The notes under the pieces: generated by a model
The model's database searches: none
Told to the model about the DNA's origin: nothing
What the model saw: the letters and a program-made list of their open reading frames with translations, nothing else
NCBI GenBank assembly: GCA_048499455.1
Contig: JASNZV010000006.1
Coordinates: forward strand, 77,380-141,379
Direction: 5' to 3'
Source: Caldilineaceae bacterium
GTDB taxonomy: Bacteria > Chloroflexota > Anaerolineae > Caldilineales > Caldilineaceae
Length of the DNA: 64,000 nucleotides
Program-made: the position numbers and the translations under genes
Part shown: positions 27,842-37,260 of the stretch, piece after piece
Layout of the letters: the number at the start of each line of letters is the position of its first letter
Position numbering within the stretch: position 1 is the stretch's first letter

Positions 27842-28318
27842 ATGAGCAACAATCAACCAGTCTACCTGACAGAAGAGGGTCTGCAAAAGGTCAAGGATGA
27901 GCTAGAATACCTGACCAAGACGCGCCGCAAAGAAGTGGCGCAGATGATCGCCGAAGCCAAGGCCGAAGGAGATCTGAGCGAAAATGCCGGCTACGATGAG
28001 GCCAAGACGGTTCAGGGTTTTGTCGAAGGCCGTATTCGCGAGCTTGAAAACGTGCTTAAGAACGCCAGCATCATCGATGAGGGCGCCGCGCGCGCCAACA
28101 TTGTGGCGCTGGGGCGTACGGTGATCGTGCGCGAGGTGGGCACTGATTATGAAGAGACCTACACCATCGTCGGCTCGCTGGAGGCCGACCCGCAGAACGG
28201 GCGGATCAGCAACGAAAGCCCGCTGGGCAAGGCGTTGCTGGGCAAGAAGAAGGGCCAGAAGGTGATGGTGGAATCCCCCGGCGGCGAGATCAAGTTTGAG
28301 ATTTTGAAGATCGAATGA
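27842..28318 (+). CDS. greA: Transcription elongation factor GreA
   Basis: 158 aa. Coiled-coil N-terminal domain with LTEEGLQKVKDELEYL, DLSENAGYDEAK and a GreA C-terminal domain. Confidence 0.95.
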   Translation: MSNNQPVYLTEEGLQKVKDELEYLTKTRRKEVAQMIAEAKAEGDLSENAGYDEAKTVQGFVEGRIRELENVLKNASIIDEGAARANIVALGRTVIVREVGTDYEETYTIVGSLEADPQNGRISNESPLGKALLGKKKGQKVMVESPGGEIKFEILKIE

Positions 28319-28334
28319 TGCAGCAATTCTGGAC

Positions 28335-29891
28335 ATGACTGTGGCCGCCAATCTGACTGAGCTTGCTCACCCGTTGTTTGACTCCAACAATCTTAGCGAC
28401 CAAGAACAAGCCCGCCTCAACAACCTGCGTAAGTTGATTGACGCCGGCATTGATCCCTATCCGGCGCGTGTCCAACGCACGCACACCATCGCCGACGCTC
28501 GCGCCCGCCTGGAACAAGGTGAGGCGGGGGACGAGCCGGTCACCGTCACGGGCCGGCTCAAGCGTATCCGTATCATGGGCAAGTTGAGCTTTGCCGACCT
28601 TGAAGATGGCACTGGCCAGCTTCAGGTAATCGTGCGCCGCGATGGGGTGGGCGAGCAATGGTACAACGAGATCTGGAAAGGCGCCATCGACCTGGGTGAT
28701 TTTGTGGGCGTCACGGGGCCGCTGCTGGTCAGCAAGACCGGCGAGTTAAGCATCGAGGCCAGGGCGATCCAGTTTCTGAGCAAGACGCTCAAGCCCATGC
28801 CCGACAAGTGGCATGGCGTGCGCGATGTCGAGGTGCGCTACCGCCGGCGTTATGTGGACCTGATGGCAAACGCCGAGGTGCGCGATCTCTTTCGCACGCG
28901 CGCTGCGATTGTGCGCGCCCTGCGCGAGTATCTTGACGGCGAGGGCTTTCTCGAAGTCGAGACACCCATCCTCCAACCCATCTATGGCGGGGCGGCGGCG
29001 CGGCCCTTTGTCACGCACCATAACCAGCTCCACCAAGACCTCTATCTGCGCATCAGCTTTGAGCTCTACCTCAAGCGGCTGCTGGTGGGCGGGCTGGACC
29101 GAGTGTATGAGATCGGGCGTGACTTCCGCAACGAGGGGGTCAGCTTTAAGCATAACCCCGAGTTCACCATGCTGGAGTTCTACGAAGCCTACGCCGACTA
29201 TGAGGATGTCATGCGGCGCACCGAAGCGATGATCGCCCATACGGCGCAACAGGTGACGGGCGGGCTGACCATCCGCTGGCAGGGGCAGGAGATCGACCTG
29301 ACGCCGCCGTGGAAGCGCATCCCCTTGCGCGAGGCGATCCTCGATGCGGCGGACATCGACTACGAGGCGTTCCCTGATGCGGCCTCGTTGGCCGCCGAGA
29401 TGCACCGGCAAGGCGTCGATGTGGACCCCAAGCTGCCCTGGGGCAAGCTGGTGGACAAGTTGCTCTCACACTTTGTTGAGCCGCACCTGATCCAGCCGAC
29501 CTTTCTGGTGGATTACCCGCGCGACGTGAGCCCGTTGGCCAAGGGCGCGCCCGGCAACCCGCGCATGGTGGAGCGCTTTGAGGGCTTTATGGCGGGGATG
29601 GAGGTCTGCAATGCGTTTAGCGAGATCAACGACCCCATCGACCAGCTCCAGCGCTTCCTGGATGAGAGCTATCACGCGACCGAGGATGACGAGGCGCACC
29701 CGGTCGATGTGGACTATGTCGAGGCGTTGAGCTATGGGATGCCGCCGGCGGGTGGGTTTGGCTTGGGCATCGACCGGCTCGTCATGCTCTTTACCGACCG
29801 CGACACCATCCGCGAGGTGATCCTCTTCCCTCACCTACGCTCGCTCAAGGAGGGCGACAGCGACCAAGCTGCGGACGACGATACGCCATGA
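28335..29891 (+). CDS. lysS: Lysine--tRNA ligase, class II
   Basis: OB-fold N-terminal domain and class II motifs (..YLRISFELYLKRLLVGG.., FRNEG, ..GGFGLGIDRLVMLF..). Confidence 0.95.
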   Translation: MTVAANLTELAHPLFDSNNLSDQEQARLNNLRKLIDAGIDPYPARVQRTHTIADARARLEQGEAGDEPVTVTGRLKRIRIMGKLSFADLEDGTGQLQVIVRRDGVGEQWYNEIWKGAIDLGDFVGVTGPLLVSKTGELSIEARAIQFLSKTLKPMPDKWHGVRDVEVRYRRRYVDLMANAEVRDLFRTRAAIVRALREYLDGEGFLEVETPILQPIYGGAAARPFVTHHNQLHQDLYLRISFELYLKRLLVGGLDRVYEIGRDFRNEGVSFKHNPEFTMLEFYEAYADYEDVMRRTEAMIAHTAQQVTGGLTIRWQGQEIDLTPPWKRIPLREAILDAADIDYEAFPDAASLAAEMHRQGVDVDPKLPWGKLVDKLLSHFVEPHLIQPTFLVDYPRDVSPLAKGAPGNPRMVERFEGFMAGMEVCNAFSEINDPIDQLQRFLDESYHATEDDEAHPVDVDYVEALSYGMPPAGGFGLGIDRLVMLFTDRDTIREVILFPHLRSLKEGDSDQAADDDTP

Positions 29892-29940
29892 TCACCGATC
29901 TCGACGGTAACGACGGCCGGTCACAGATAGCGTAACGGCG

Positions 29941-32937
29941 CTATTCTGCAGTGACGGTGACCGTCAAGGGCAACATGACGACATCGTCAGCCAGCCGCCC
30001 CCCGCGCCCATCCACCGCAGCGGGCCGCGCAAAGGTGGCTGGGTCATACCACCCCACCACCAGCCGATAGTCGCCCGGCGCCAGCCCTGCCGGCAGGGCC
30101 AACGCAACCGGGTCGATGAGCACCTCGCCCGCCAGCCACGAGACAGCCGGGCATTCGCCGTTGCAGGGGACGGTATCCTGCTGGGCGACCGGCGCCCCCC
30201 CTTCACCCAACAGATGGACAAAGCGAACCAGGGCCGTGGCCGGTGTACGTTGCACCTGCCACCCCAGGGTCATGGTGAGTGTGTCGCCGGGGGCGCTGCT
30301 GATCACCGCCGGCGCATCCACGCCCAATAGCTGCACCGTCTCATCGAATGTGGCGTTCACGGGTAGGGAAAGCGGGGGCAGCGTGAACTGGCGGGCGCGC
30401 CCCTGCACCGTGACTTGCGCCAACGGCAGGCGGCCCACTTCGCGCCCGCCGGCTAACAGGCGAACCATGAGCGGATATTCGCCATGAGGTATGTCGGGGG
30501 GAAGGGGCAGGTCATGCCAGTTCTGAATCGTCTCGCCGGCGCGCCACTCCGTTGTAGGGTAGGCGTCATTGCCGGGTCGGCGTATCTGCTCGCTGACCAC
30601 GACGCCCTGCGAATCGACCAGTTGCAGAGCGACAAGATAATCGTCATCCAGCGTCTGCGTTGCGCGCCAGTAGAGCGTGATAGGCAGCAGTTCATTCGGC
30701 GCCGCCACATCTTTGCCCAGGTTATAACCAGTAAGTTCCAGACCGGGCGCAAGTTGCGGGTGTTCGGGCAGGGGCCGATCAGGGGTCAACATTTGGGGTA
30801 TCAGGGAGCGGGTGATCTCTACATGGCCGACGACCGGTTCAATACCGAGTGGCTGCCCGGCGTCATCATAGGCCGGATAGATGCGCCCTGTCGCTTCTTC
30901 GTAGACCTTTAGGTGCACCGCGTATTGACCTGGCGGGAGGCCCGGCAGGATCGGCAAGATATGGTAGCTGGCGGCGGCCTGGCCACTCTCCCAAACGCGG
31001 AAGACAGGGTAGTGGTCGCCGACGAGCAGATCGTCGACCTGGCCGGCAAGATGGCCCTGATCATCCCTGAGTAAGAGACTGGTCTTCAGGTCATAATCTA
31101 CCGGTGTTTGCGCCTGCCAGCGCAACACGAGCCATAGGGTGTGCCCAGCGGGGGACACCTTCTCGGCCAACGCATTGGTAGGCTCGACCAGATCGAGCCG
31201 TGTGCGCCCATAGTCCAGCGAAGTTAACTGTACCTTGTCGGCAAATGTGATGGCGCGGGGAGTTGGATTCTGGTTGACGCGAAAGTCGGGGTTTGCCGGC
31301 AAGGCAAAGACTTTGTATGGCAGCCCAATGTCACGGCCGTCGCTGGCCTCGGTCAATTGTCCATGTTTGCTGAGCAAAAACTCGACCAGGTTTTTGGCGT
31401 CATCAAAGACAAAGGCAAACTCATCAAAGAACGCAGCGTCGCGAATGCGGAACATGCGGGCCAACCGGCGCCCGCGGGTCAGTTCAGCCAGCCGTTGCGG
31501 CGCCTGGCCTTCATCGGCGATGACTGAGCTGTAGGGGGTCCGATTATGCGTGTAGAACTCGATTGTATAGAAGGGAGACCAGACGCCCTCAGATAGATAG
31601 TAATTGGCGGAAAGTGGCAGAATCCAGACCGTATCCGGGTTGGTCTGCGCAGCCATCGCCTCGCCCACTGCCACATAGTCGGTCAAAAAGTAACGCCGTG
31701 ACTTTTCGGGGTCTTGCCAGGCGCCATAGTAATCACGCACGTCTGTGACTGAACTAAAGAGCAGGAATGGCAAAGGTAGCCAGAGCGCCAGGGGCGCCCA
31801 GCGCGTCGCCAGCCGTCGCCCTACGCACAACATCGCCACTACGGGCAAGATGATAGCAGCCGGCAACATGCCGATCGCGCGCAGCGAATGAGGCGCCCCT
31901 TCCACCGTCAGAATCGCCGGCAGCGAGAAAATCGTAAACCAAAACAGCAAAAACAGATAGCGGAGGTTACGCGCTCGGAGAAGGACAAGCAGCAGCCCCG
32001 CCCCAAGCCAGGCCATGAGCACCTTGTCAAAGATGGCGCGCTGAGCCGGATTATGGCGGAAATTGGGGTCAGCCGCCGTGACAAACATCGCGCCGGTCTC
32101 CCATAGACTATTGAATAGCGCCAGCAGAGGGGTGCTGCCCGGTTGATGTTGGGCAAAAATTGAAATCTCGGTGGCGCGGGCAAAAAAGTTGTCGGGGTGA
32201 CTCAGAAAATACGAGCCCAGCGGGGCAAAGACGATGAGGGCGACCAGACCAATCACCCCCAGCGCCACCACCAAGCGCATTCTAGAAATCGCCGGGCTGC
32301 GGGCCAGAAGGAAACCGGCGGCCATCGTCACCACGATCAGTACCGGGACAAAACGGCTGGCAGTGTAGGTATAGAGGGTCAGGCCGGTCAAGGCCCCGCA
32401 CATGCAGAGATCAAACCAGGGAAACCGTTGTGGATTGGCGAGACGCCCCCACGCGCGCCAAAAAAAGACAAAGGTGAGCGTCGCCAACAAGGGCAGGGTG
32501 ATGGCGCGCAGGCCGATCCGGCTGAGACTGATATGCCAATAGGAGAAGGCCAAGAACAGGGCGCTCCACCCAGCCACCCAACGCGCGGGCAGTTTGTCGC
32601 CACCAAACAGCGCTCGCACCATCCAATAGGTGGTGACGACGGTCGCCGCGCCGGCAAGGGCTGCCGCAAGCCGCAGCCCAAAGGGGGAAGCCCCTACCCA
32701 ATAGACGGTCAGCGCCTGGAGATAGAAAAAGAGCGGCTCGCGCCCCTTGTTGCGCTCGAAGAAGATCGAATGATGGCCCTCCAAAATGTCCATCACATCG
32801 AGGCCATTGGCCGCTTCATCTAGCCAGAGGCCTGGCGGCATCTCTGGAAGCCGGTAGACGCGCACGGTTACGGCGGCTGCGAAAAGCGCGATGACAAACA
32901 ACAGTTCCAGCCAGAACCGGCGCGACTCACTCATCAC
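29941..32937 (-). CDS. GT-C glycosyltransferase, family 39/83 (ArnT/PMT-like), with three C-terminal beta-sandwich repeats
   Basis: 998 aa. N-terminal polytopic domain with the WLDEAANG loop motif. The C-terminal ~440 aa carry three copies of a module (L.GY.L...L.L.W....DY......L.D..G......D...YP...W..G......H.L.LP...P.G.Y). Confidence 0.7.
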   Translation of the reverse strand: MMSESRRFWLELLFVIALFAAAVTVRVYRLPEMPPGLWLDEAANGLDVMDILEGHHSIFFERNKGREPLFFYLQALTVYWVGASPFGLRLAAALAGAATVVTTYWMVRALFGGDKLPARWVAGWSALFLAFSYWHISLSRIGLRAITLPLLATLTFVFFWRAWGRLANPQRFPWFDLCMCGALTGLTLYTYTASRFVPVLIVVTMAAGFLLARSPAISRMRLVVALGVIGLVALIVFAPLGSYFLSHPDNFFARATEISIFAQHQPGSTPLLALFNSLWETGAMFVTAADPNFRHNPAQRAIFDKVLMAWLGAGLLLVLLRARNLRYLFLLFWFTIFSLPAILTVEGAPHSLRAIGMLPAAIILPVVAMLCVGRRLATRWAPLALWLPLPFLLFSSVTDVRDYYGAWQDPEKSRRYFLTDYVAVGEAMAAQTNPDTVWILPLSANYYLSEGVWSPFYTIEFYTHNRTPYSSVIADEGQAPQRLAELTRGRRLARMFRIRDAAFFDEFAFVFDDAKNLVEFLLSKHGQLTEASDGRDIGLPYKVFALPANPDFRVNQNPTPRAITFADKVQLTSLDYGRTRLDLVEPTNALAEKVSPAGHTLWLVLRWQAQTPVDYDLKTSLLLRDDQGHLAGQVDDLLVGDHYPVFRVWESGQAAASYHILPILPGLPPGQYAVHLKVYEEATGRIYPAYDDAGQPLGIEPVVGHVEITRSLIPQMLTPDRPLPEHPQLAPGLELTGYNLGKDVAAPNELLPITLYWRATQTLDDDYLVALQLVDSQGVVVSEQIRRPGNDAYPTTEWRAGETIQNWHDLPLPPDIPHGEYPLMVRLLAGGREVGRLPLAQVTVQGRARQFTLPPLSLPVNATFDETVQLLGVDAPAVISSAPGDTLTMTLGWQVQRTPATALVRFVHLLGEGGAPVAQQDTVPCNGECPAVSWLAGEVLIDPVALALPAGLAPGDYRLVVGWYDPATFARPAAVDGRGGRLADDVVMLPLTVTVTAE

Positions 32938-35161
32938 GGATCTCCACTTCGGTCAGCACAAGTCGATCACCGGGCAGGATGACGCCAGCGCTTTCCACCA
33001 TCAAGTTCTCAATCGTTTCCGGGTGATAGATACCGATCAGCAGCCGGTAACGCCCGGGGTTGACCGTCGGTTCCAACTGGATGCGGTGCTCGTCCGTGAA
33101 TAGTTCGCCCGGCTCCCATGTGGTCATCGGTGTGTAGCCCAATGTCGGCTCGCTGTCTGCCTGGACCGCCTTGCCTGAGTCATCCAGCTCGGCAACGTGG
33201 ACCAGGACCTTGTAATTCACCGGTGGCGTCTGCTGCGCAAACCAATAGAGCCGCAGCACGACCTCCTCGCCGCGGCGCCACTTTGTATCATCCAGGCTGT
33301 ATCCGAGCAGTCGAACCTGGTCTTGAAAGTTGGCGTTCAGTGGCGCTGGCTGATGAGCCGGTTTGGAGCGAAGCTGCAAATGGAGAGCAGCCACAATCAC
33401 GGCCAGCGCAACGCCGCTTCTCAACAGCCATTTCCGCTTCTGGTGGTGAGGAACCAAGACAAATGCGCCCCAAATGGCCAGCGACGCAATGGAGACGCCA
33501 TCGGCCAGGCGCCGAGTGGGCGTCTGATCGAAACGGACGGTGGCGGTGTATCTGCCCGCGGGTAATTCTGCCGTCACCAGACCAAATGGGCCACTTGCCG
33601 CAGTCGTCACGGGCCGGCCATCCACATACGTCTGCCAACCTGGAAAGTAGATACGCGAAATGTGTAACAAGAAGGGCGCCGGCGCTTCGACCGCCAGCCG
33701 GATCAACACCGGGTTCTCTTCGAGCACCTGTATCCCTGGGGCGACAGCCAGCGGCGGGGCCAGGGTGGCGCCTGGTACGCGCGGCATGGTGAGGCCCCCG
33801 CTGGTCGTGCCCAAATAGATCGGGGTGTAATCGCTAAAGAGCGCGTAGCCCTGCCGCCCTCGTTCAAACAGATCGCGCTTCGTCAATGAAGCATCATCGA
33901 TATCATACCAGAGCGTCAGCCGGTCGGGCTGGAGATTGGCTGCGCTTACACTGAGGAACAGGACACCAAGCGCAACCGCCGTTCCCCAACGAGCGGCCAC
34001 AGGCCACGAAGGCCAGGCGACAAGCGCCCCAACAAGTATAGCTGTGCAGAGGGAGGCCAGGCCATAGAGACGCCAAGAGAATTGAATGAATCGGATCAGA
34101 GGAGCCGAATCCCAAAAGGGGCGGGCGAGCTCCAACTGTAACCCCATGATCAGGAGCCAACCCAGCGCCAGAAGGAACAGCCCTCTCCGCAAGCGAGGGT
34201 GATGAAATAGCGACGCCAGCATTCCGACAAACCCGACCATGGCCAACACCCGGGCAAAGCGAAAGCGGGCCTCGCCTGTGTAAACGAAGACCCATGTGGG
34301 CTGTAACAACTCGCGCCAGGAGAGCAAATTGTCACTTACATTCTTGATGTCGCCCAGCATGTACTCTTCTGTGCGCGTAAACCGCACCTCAGTCAGAGCT
34401 GGCAGCCAATAGAATGCCCCAAGCCCCAGCCCGAGGAACCCGCTGAGCAGAATGGCGGCGAACGCCCGCCCGCGCCCGCGCCAGAGGGCCAAAATCGTGA
34501 CAAAGATATACGCCGCAGGCAGAAAAAAGAGCGCGGTGCTGTTGTGCGCCAGCAGAATCCCGGCCACGAGCCCCGCGGCCAGCCAAAGGCGCCAGCGGGC
34601 GTCACTGTGGAGCAAGCCATAGAGCGCCCAAAACAGCCAGGGGAGGAGAGCCAGGGCGATCAGCTCCGCGCCCGCGCCTCGCTCGTACACATTGGTCATG
34701 AGGTAGGGGGCCGAGAGATAGGTGACTGCGCTCAGCCAGGCCGCGGCGCGCACACCGGTCAAGGCGCGCGCAAACAGATAGGCGCCAGCGCCAGCCAAGG
34801 CAATAGCCAGTGTAAAGGTCGCCTTCATGGCGTGAATCAGGCTCAGCCCACCGGCATGAAAACCAAGCGCCACATAACTGACGAGCGGCGGGTAGAACTC
34901 GAACAGTGGGGCGCCGTAGTTGAAGTTGAGATTAGGGCCTAATCGCGGATAGTAGATGCCAAATCGCCAGCCATCCGCCAGTTCAGAGAGCCGGTGGATC
35001 CCGATCATCATGTCACCACGATTGGGGATCCCCGACTGCCACAGATTGAAGGCAGTAGCCACTGCGCTGAGCAACACAAGGCCCAGCGAAAGAAGGTCGA
35101 TTCGAGTCCAGGGTAGACAGGGGGCGGAAGACGCCGATGTGTATGGGCTTTCGGTATGCAA
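32927..35161 (-). CDS. Large polytopic membrane protein, PTPS-related/COG5617-like (putative GT-C-type), with one C-terminal beta-sandwich module
   Basis: 744 aa with ..GIHRLSELADGWRFGIYYPRLGPNLNFNYGAPLFEFYPPL.. and more than 10 TM helices. The C-terminal module VRLLGYSLD..LRLYWFAQQTPPVNYKVLVHV..YTPMTTWEPGE..GRYRLLIGIY resembles the one in the downstream gene. Overlaps that gene by 11 nt. The start is a non-ATG codon and is uncertain. Confidence 0.55.
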   Translation of the reverse strand: MHTESPYTSASSAPCLPWTRIDLLSLGLVLLSAVATAFNLWQSGIPNRGDMMIGIHRLSELADGWRFGIYYPRLGPNLNFNYGAPLFEFYPPLVSYVALGFHAGGLSLIHAMKATFTLAIALAGAGAYLFARALTGVRAAAWLSAVTYLSAPYLMTNVYERGAGAELIALALLPWLFWALYGLLHSDARWRLWLAAGLVAGILLAHNSTALFFLPAAYIFVTILALWRGRGRAFAAILLSGFLGLGLGAFYWLPALTEVRFTRTEEYMLGDIKNVSDNLLSWRELLQPTWVFVYTGEARFRFARVLAMVGFVGMLASLFHHPRLRRGLFLLALGWLLIMGLQLELARPFWDSAPLIRFIQFSWRLYGLASLCTAILVGALVAWPSWPVAARWGTAVALGVLFLSVSAANLQPDRLTLWYDIDDASLTKRDLFERGRQGYALFSDYTPIYLGTTSGGLTMPRVPGATLAPPLAVAPGIQVLEENPVLIRLAVEAPAPFLLHISRIYFPGWQTYVDGRPVTTAASGPFGLVTAELPAGRYTATVRFDQTPTRRLADGVSIASLAIWGAFVLVPHHQKRKWLLRSGVALAVIVAALHLQLRSKPAHQPAPLNANFQDQVRLLGYSLDDTKWRRGEEVVLRLYWFAQQTPPVNYKVLVHVAELDDSGKAVQADSEPTLGYTPMTTWEPGELFTDEHRIQLEPTVNPGRYRLLIGIYHPETIENLMVESAGVILPGDRLVLTEVEIRDE

Positions 35162-35345
35162 GAGAGTGTCAGATCGTCGTGATATGAGCTACAAATGGGC
35201 GCCGGTGTAGATGGGAGCCGTGAGAGCATCTAACCTAAGTATAGCACGCCCGATCTATACAGCAAACCGTACGGGCAGCCAACTCTTCGTGGCAACCATT
35301 GGTTGATGAACAACTCGTGCGGAGCGCTGCAGTCAGTCGCGACGC

Positions 35346-36761
35346 CTATTCAGTCACAGATCGAGCACAGCGAATGCCCACGCGGAAGCTGCGATAGTCT
35401 GGTGAATCATGGCCAGGGCGGTCACCGTGATGGCCCCAGTGGCGGTGCGTAACTCGGCTATACCACCAGTTGTCGTGATAACTACCACCGCGGATCACAA
35501 AATACGGATGGGATGTACTGGGTTTATTCGGGTCCGGTCGAGAGAATTCAGGTCCTTGCGGATTCTCATACGGAGTATGTGTATAGTAAAAGACAGAAAA
35601 TCGATCGTGCACCCATTCGAACATGCTGCCACTCATATCCATCACGCCATAGGGACTAGCCCCGGTAGGGTGCGAACCAACCGGCTCTGTGTCCCCAACG
35701 CACTTTGCATAGAAATTGGCGCGGCTACAATCAGCATCTTCATTGCCCCACGGCCAAATCCGTGTGTCGATCGGCCCACGAGCGGCTTTTTCCCACTCAG
35801 CTTCGGTCGGTAGGCGCTTGTCCATCCACTCACAATAGGTCTGAGCATTCCACCAAGATACATACATCACCGGATAGAAATCATAGTCAGAGTTGTAAAA
35901 GTAATTGCCTCGTTTTCGCGAACTCGGCAGGCGGGGATGTGGGCACACATTGGCTTCAACGCAGGCTCGGTATTCCTTATTGGTCACTTCGTACTTGTCA
36001 ATTTCGTACGTATCTAGATACACCGCGTGCAGCGGTCGCTCTCGTGGCTCGATGCACGGGTCGACGGCGCGATCGCAGCCCATCATGAATTCACCCGCTG
36101 GAATCTGAATCATTGCGCCAATGGCCGGCGGATACAGGAAAGGTTCGACATGAAATGACCATTCAGGCCCCCATGTACGCTCGCCTCGCGCGTTGATCAC
36201 TGCAACTCGCCAATGATACCATGTATCGAGCGCCAGTGTTCCCGGCGCAATGTATGTGGTTTGCAGTGTGGTGTGGAAGACCCGCATCCGCGACGCGCCT
36301 GTATCTGCATCCAGATACACTTCAAAGGTGAAGGGGGCGTCATCCATGGTGTCGATGCGCCATTCAAGAAAGGTGTTGGGACTTTGGTTCACGCTGCCCG
36401 GGACGGGTGTCAGTGGCTCGGGCAGACTGGCGACAGGGCCATAGAGCAACGGCAAATAGATGGGCAGGTTGTTCCAGAGTATAGGCAAATGGACTGTTTG
36501 CGTCAGCCCGGTTGGTGGAGGGATTGTGCCGCTTTCTTCATTTTCTGCAAAGTGGGCGCCGAATTGCCGAAAGGACGGAGCGGCAGCCACTGCTTGCCCA
36601 ACGTAGGCGCAACATGCCAGGACGTCAAAGAGCCACATCCCTAACAAGAGCACGGCAAGGGCGCCACTGGCGACTGCCCCAAGTCTAGTTACTTCCCAAC
36701 AGCGTCGAAACCTACTTGATCGTTTCTGAGCATCGCTGGTAGGAATGCAAGATTGAGCCAT
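35346..36761 (-). CDS. Membrane-anchored FGE-sulfatase (SUMF1-like) domain protein
   Basis: Start set at the ATG at 36761 (MAQSCIP..), because the ORF-track extension runs through a terminator U-tract. One TM helix, a beta-rich domain, then an FGE-sulfatase domain (YEIDKYEVTNKEY, YVSWWNAQTYCEWMDKRLPTEAEWEKAARG, SMFEWVHD, RGGSY, FRVGIRCARS). Confidence 0.8.
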   Translation of the reverse strand: MAQSCIPTSDAQKRSSRFRRCWEVTRLGAVASGALAVLLLGMWLFDVLACCAYVGQAVAAAPSFRQFGAHFAENEESGTIPPPTGLTQTVHLPILWNNLPIYLPLLYGPVASLPEPLTPVPGSVNQSPNTFLEWRIDTMDDAPFTFEVYLDADTGASRMRVFHTTLQTTYIAPGTLALDTWYHWRVAVINARGERTWGPEWSFHVEPFLYPPAIGAMIQIPAGEFMMGCDRAVDPCIEPRERPLHAVYLDTYEIDKYEVTNKEYRACVEANVCPHPRLPSSRKRGNYFYNSDYDFYPVMYVSWWNAQTYCEWMDKRLPTEAEWEKAARGPIDTRIWPWGNEDADCSRANFYAKCVGDTEPVGSHPTGASPYGVMDMSGSMFEWVHDRFSVFYYTHTPYENPQGPEFSRPDPNKPSTSHPYFVIRGGSYHDNWWYSRVTHRHWGHHGDRPGHDSPDYRSFRVGIRCARSVTE

Positions 36762-36852
36762 GGCAACCTCTGTGGCCAATTTGGTTGAGCTTTCAGTTGG
36801 TTTTGCCGTTGTCCCCTCATCACGAACTGCTTTATCCCGGCTGAGGGGGCAT

Positions 36853-36881
36853 AAAAAAAGCCAGTCCACATCGGGCTGGCC
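36853..36881 (-). terminator. Intrinsic terminator inside the leader of the FGE-domain gene
   Basis: The minus-strand RNA reads GGCCAGCCCGAUGUGGACUGGC followed by seven U. The stem has 7 of 8 positions paired. Confidence 0.6.
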
Positions 36882-36888
36882 TTATCTG

Positions 36889-36975
36889 CTATACTGAGCT
36901 CTGTTTGAAAACCGGAGTTACTTGAAGGAGTAAGCGTCTTTGCGAAGTCCAGTTTTCAAAGCAACCGCAGTATAG
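36889..36975 (-). ncRNA. Hairpin module B of the leader (87 nt)
   Basis: Closing stem CUAUACUG / CAGUAUAG (8 bp perfect) and inner 13-bp stem UUUGAAAACUGGA / UCCGGUUUUCAAA. About 80% identical to module A. Confidence 0.45.
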
Positions 36976-37023
36976 GCGGCAGCGAGCACTCAACCTGCTG
37001 ACATGACAATTTCAAGCAAAGCG

Positions 37024-37109
37024 TCATACTGAACTCTGTTTGAAAACCAGAGTTACCGAAAAAGTAAATCTCTTTGCAGAGTCCGGTCTTCAGAGCAACT
37101 GCAGTCTAG
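37024..37109 (-). ncRNA. Hairpin module A of the leader (86 nt)
   Basis: Paralogous to module B, offset by 135 bp. The inner stem is retained through wobble or compensatory changes. Confidence 0.45.
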
Positions 37110-37157
37110 ACCTGTCGACGCTTCTGAGTGTCAGGTTGCCGCGCCGTGCGCGCCTGT

Positions 37158-37186
37158 AGTATATACTGGCCAGCAACCGGTGTCAA
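37158..37186 (-). promoter_or_regulatory. Near-consensus sigma-70-like promoter driving the leader
   Basis: On the minus strand: TTGACA (37186-37181), a 17-nt spacer, then TATACT (37163-37158). Confidence 0.55.
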
Positions 37187-37229
37187 GCAGCACAGGGAGG
37201 CAGGTGTGTCCAGGATTATGGGTGGTACA

Positions 37230-37260
37230 GATGACAGTCACTTTTGAAGTGACTGTCATC
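37230..37260. repeat. Palindromic hairpin element, GACAGTCACTT family, copy 3 (perfect 14-bp arms)
   Basis: GATGACAGTCACTT, loop ttg, AAGTGACTGTCATC. Confidence 0.7.

Noticed and set aside
36762-36869. Upstream GTG start for the FGE-domain gene
   Set aside because: The first codons would be read straight through the seven-U tract and stem of an intrinsic terminator. The ATG at 36761 is more plausible.
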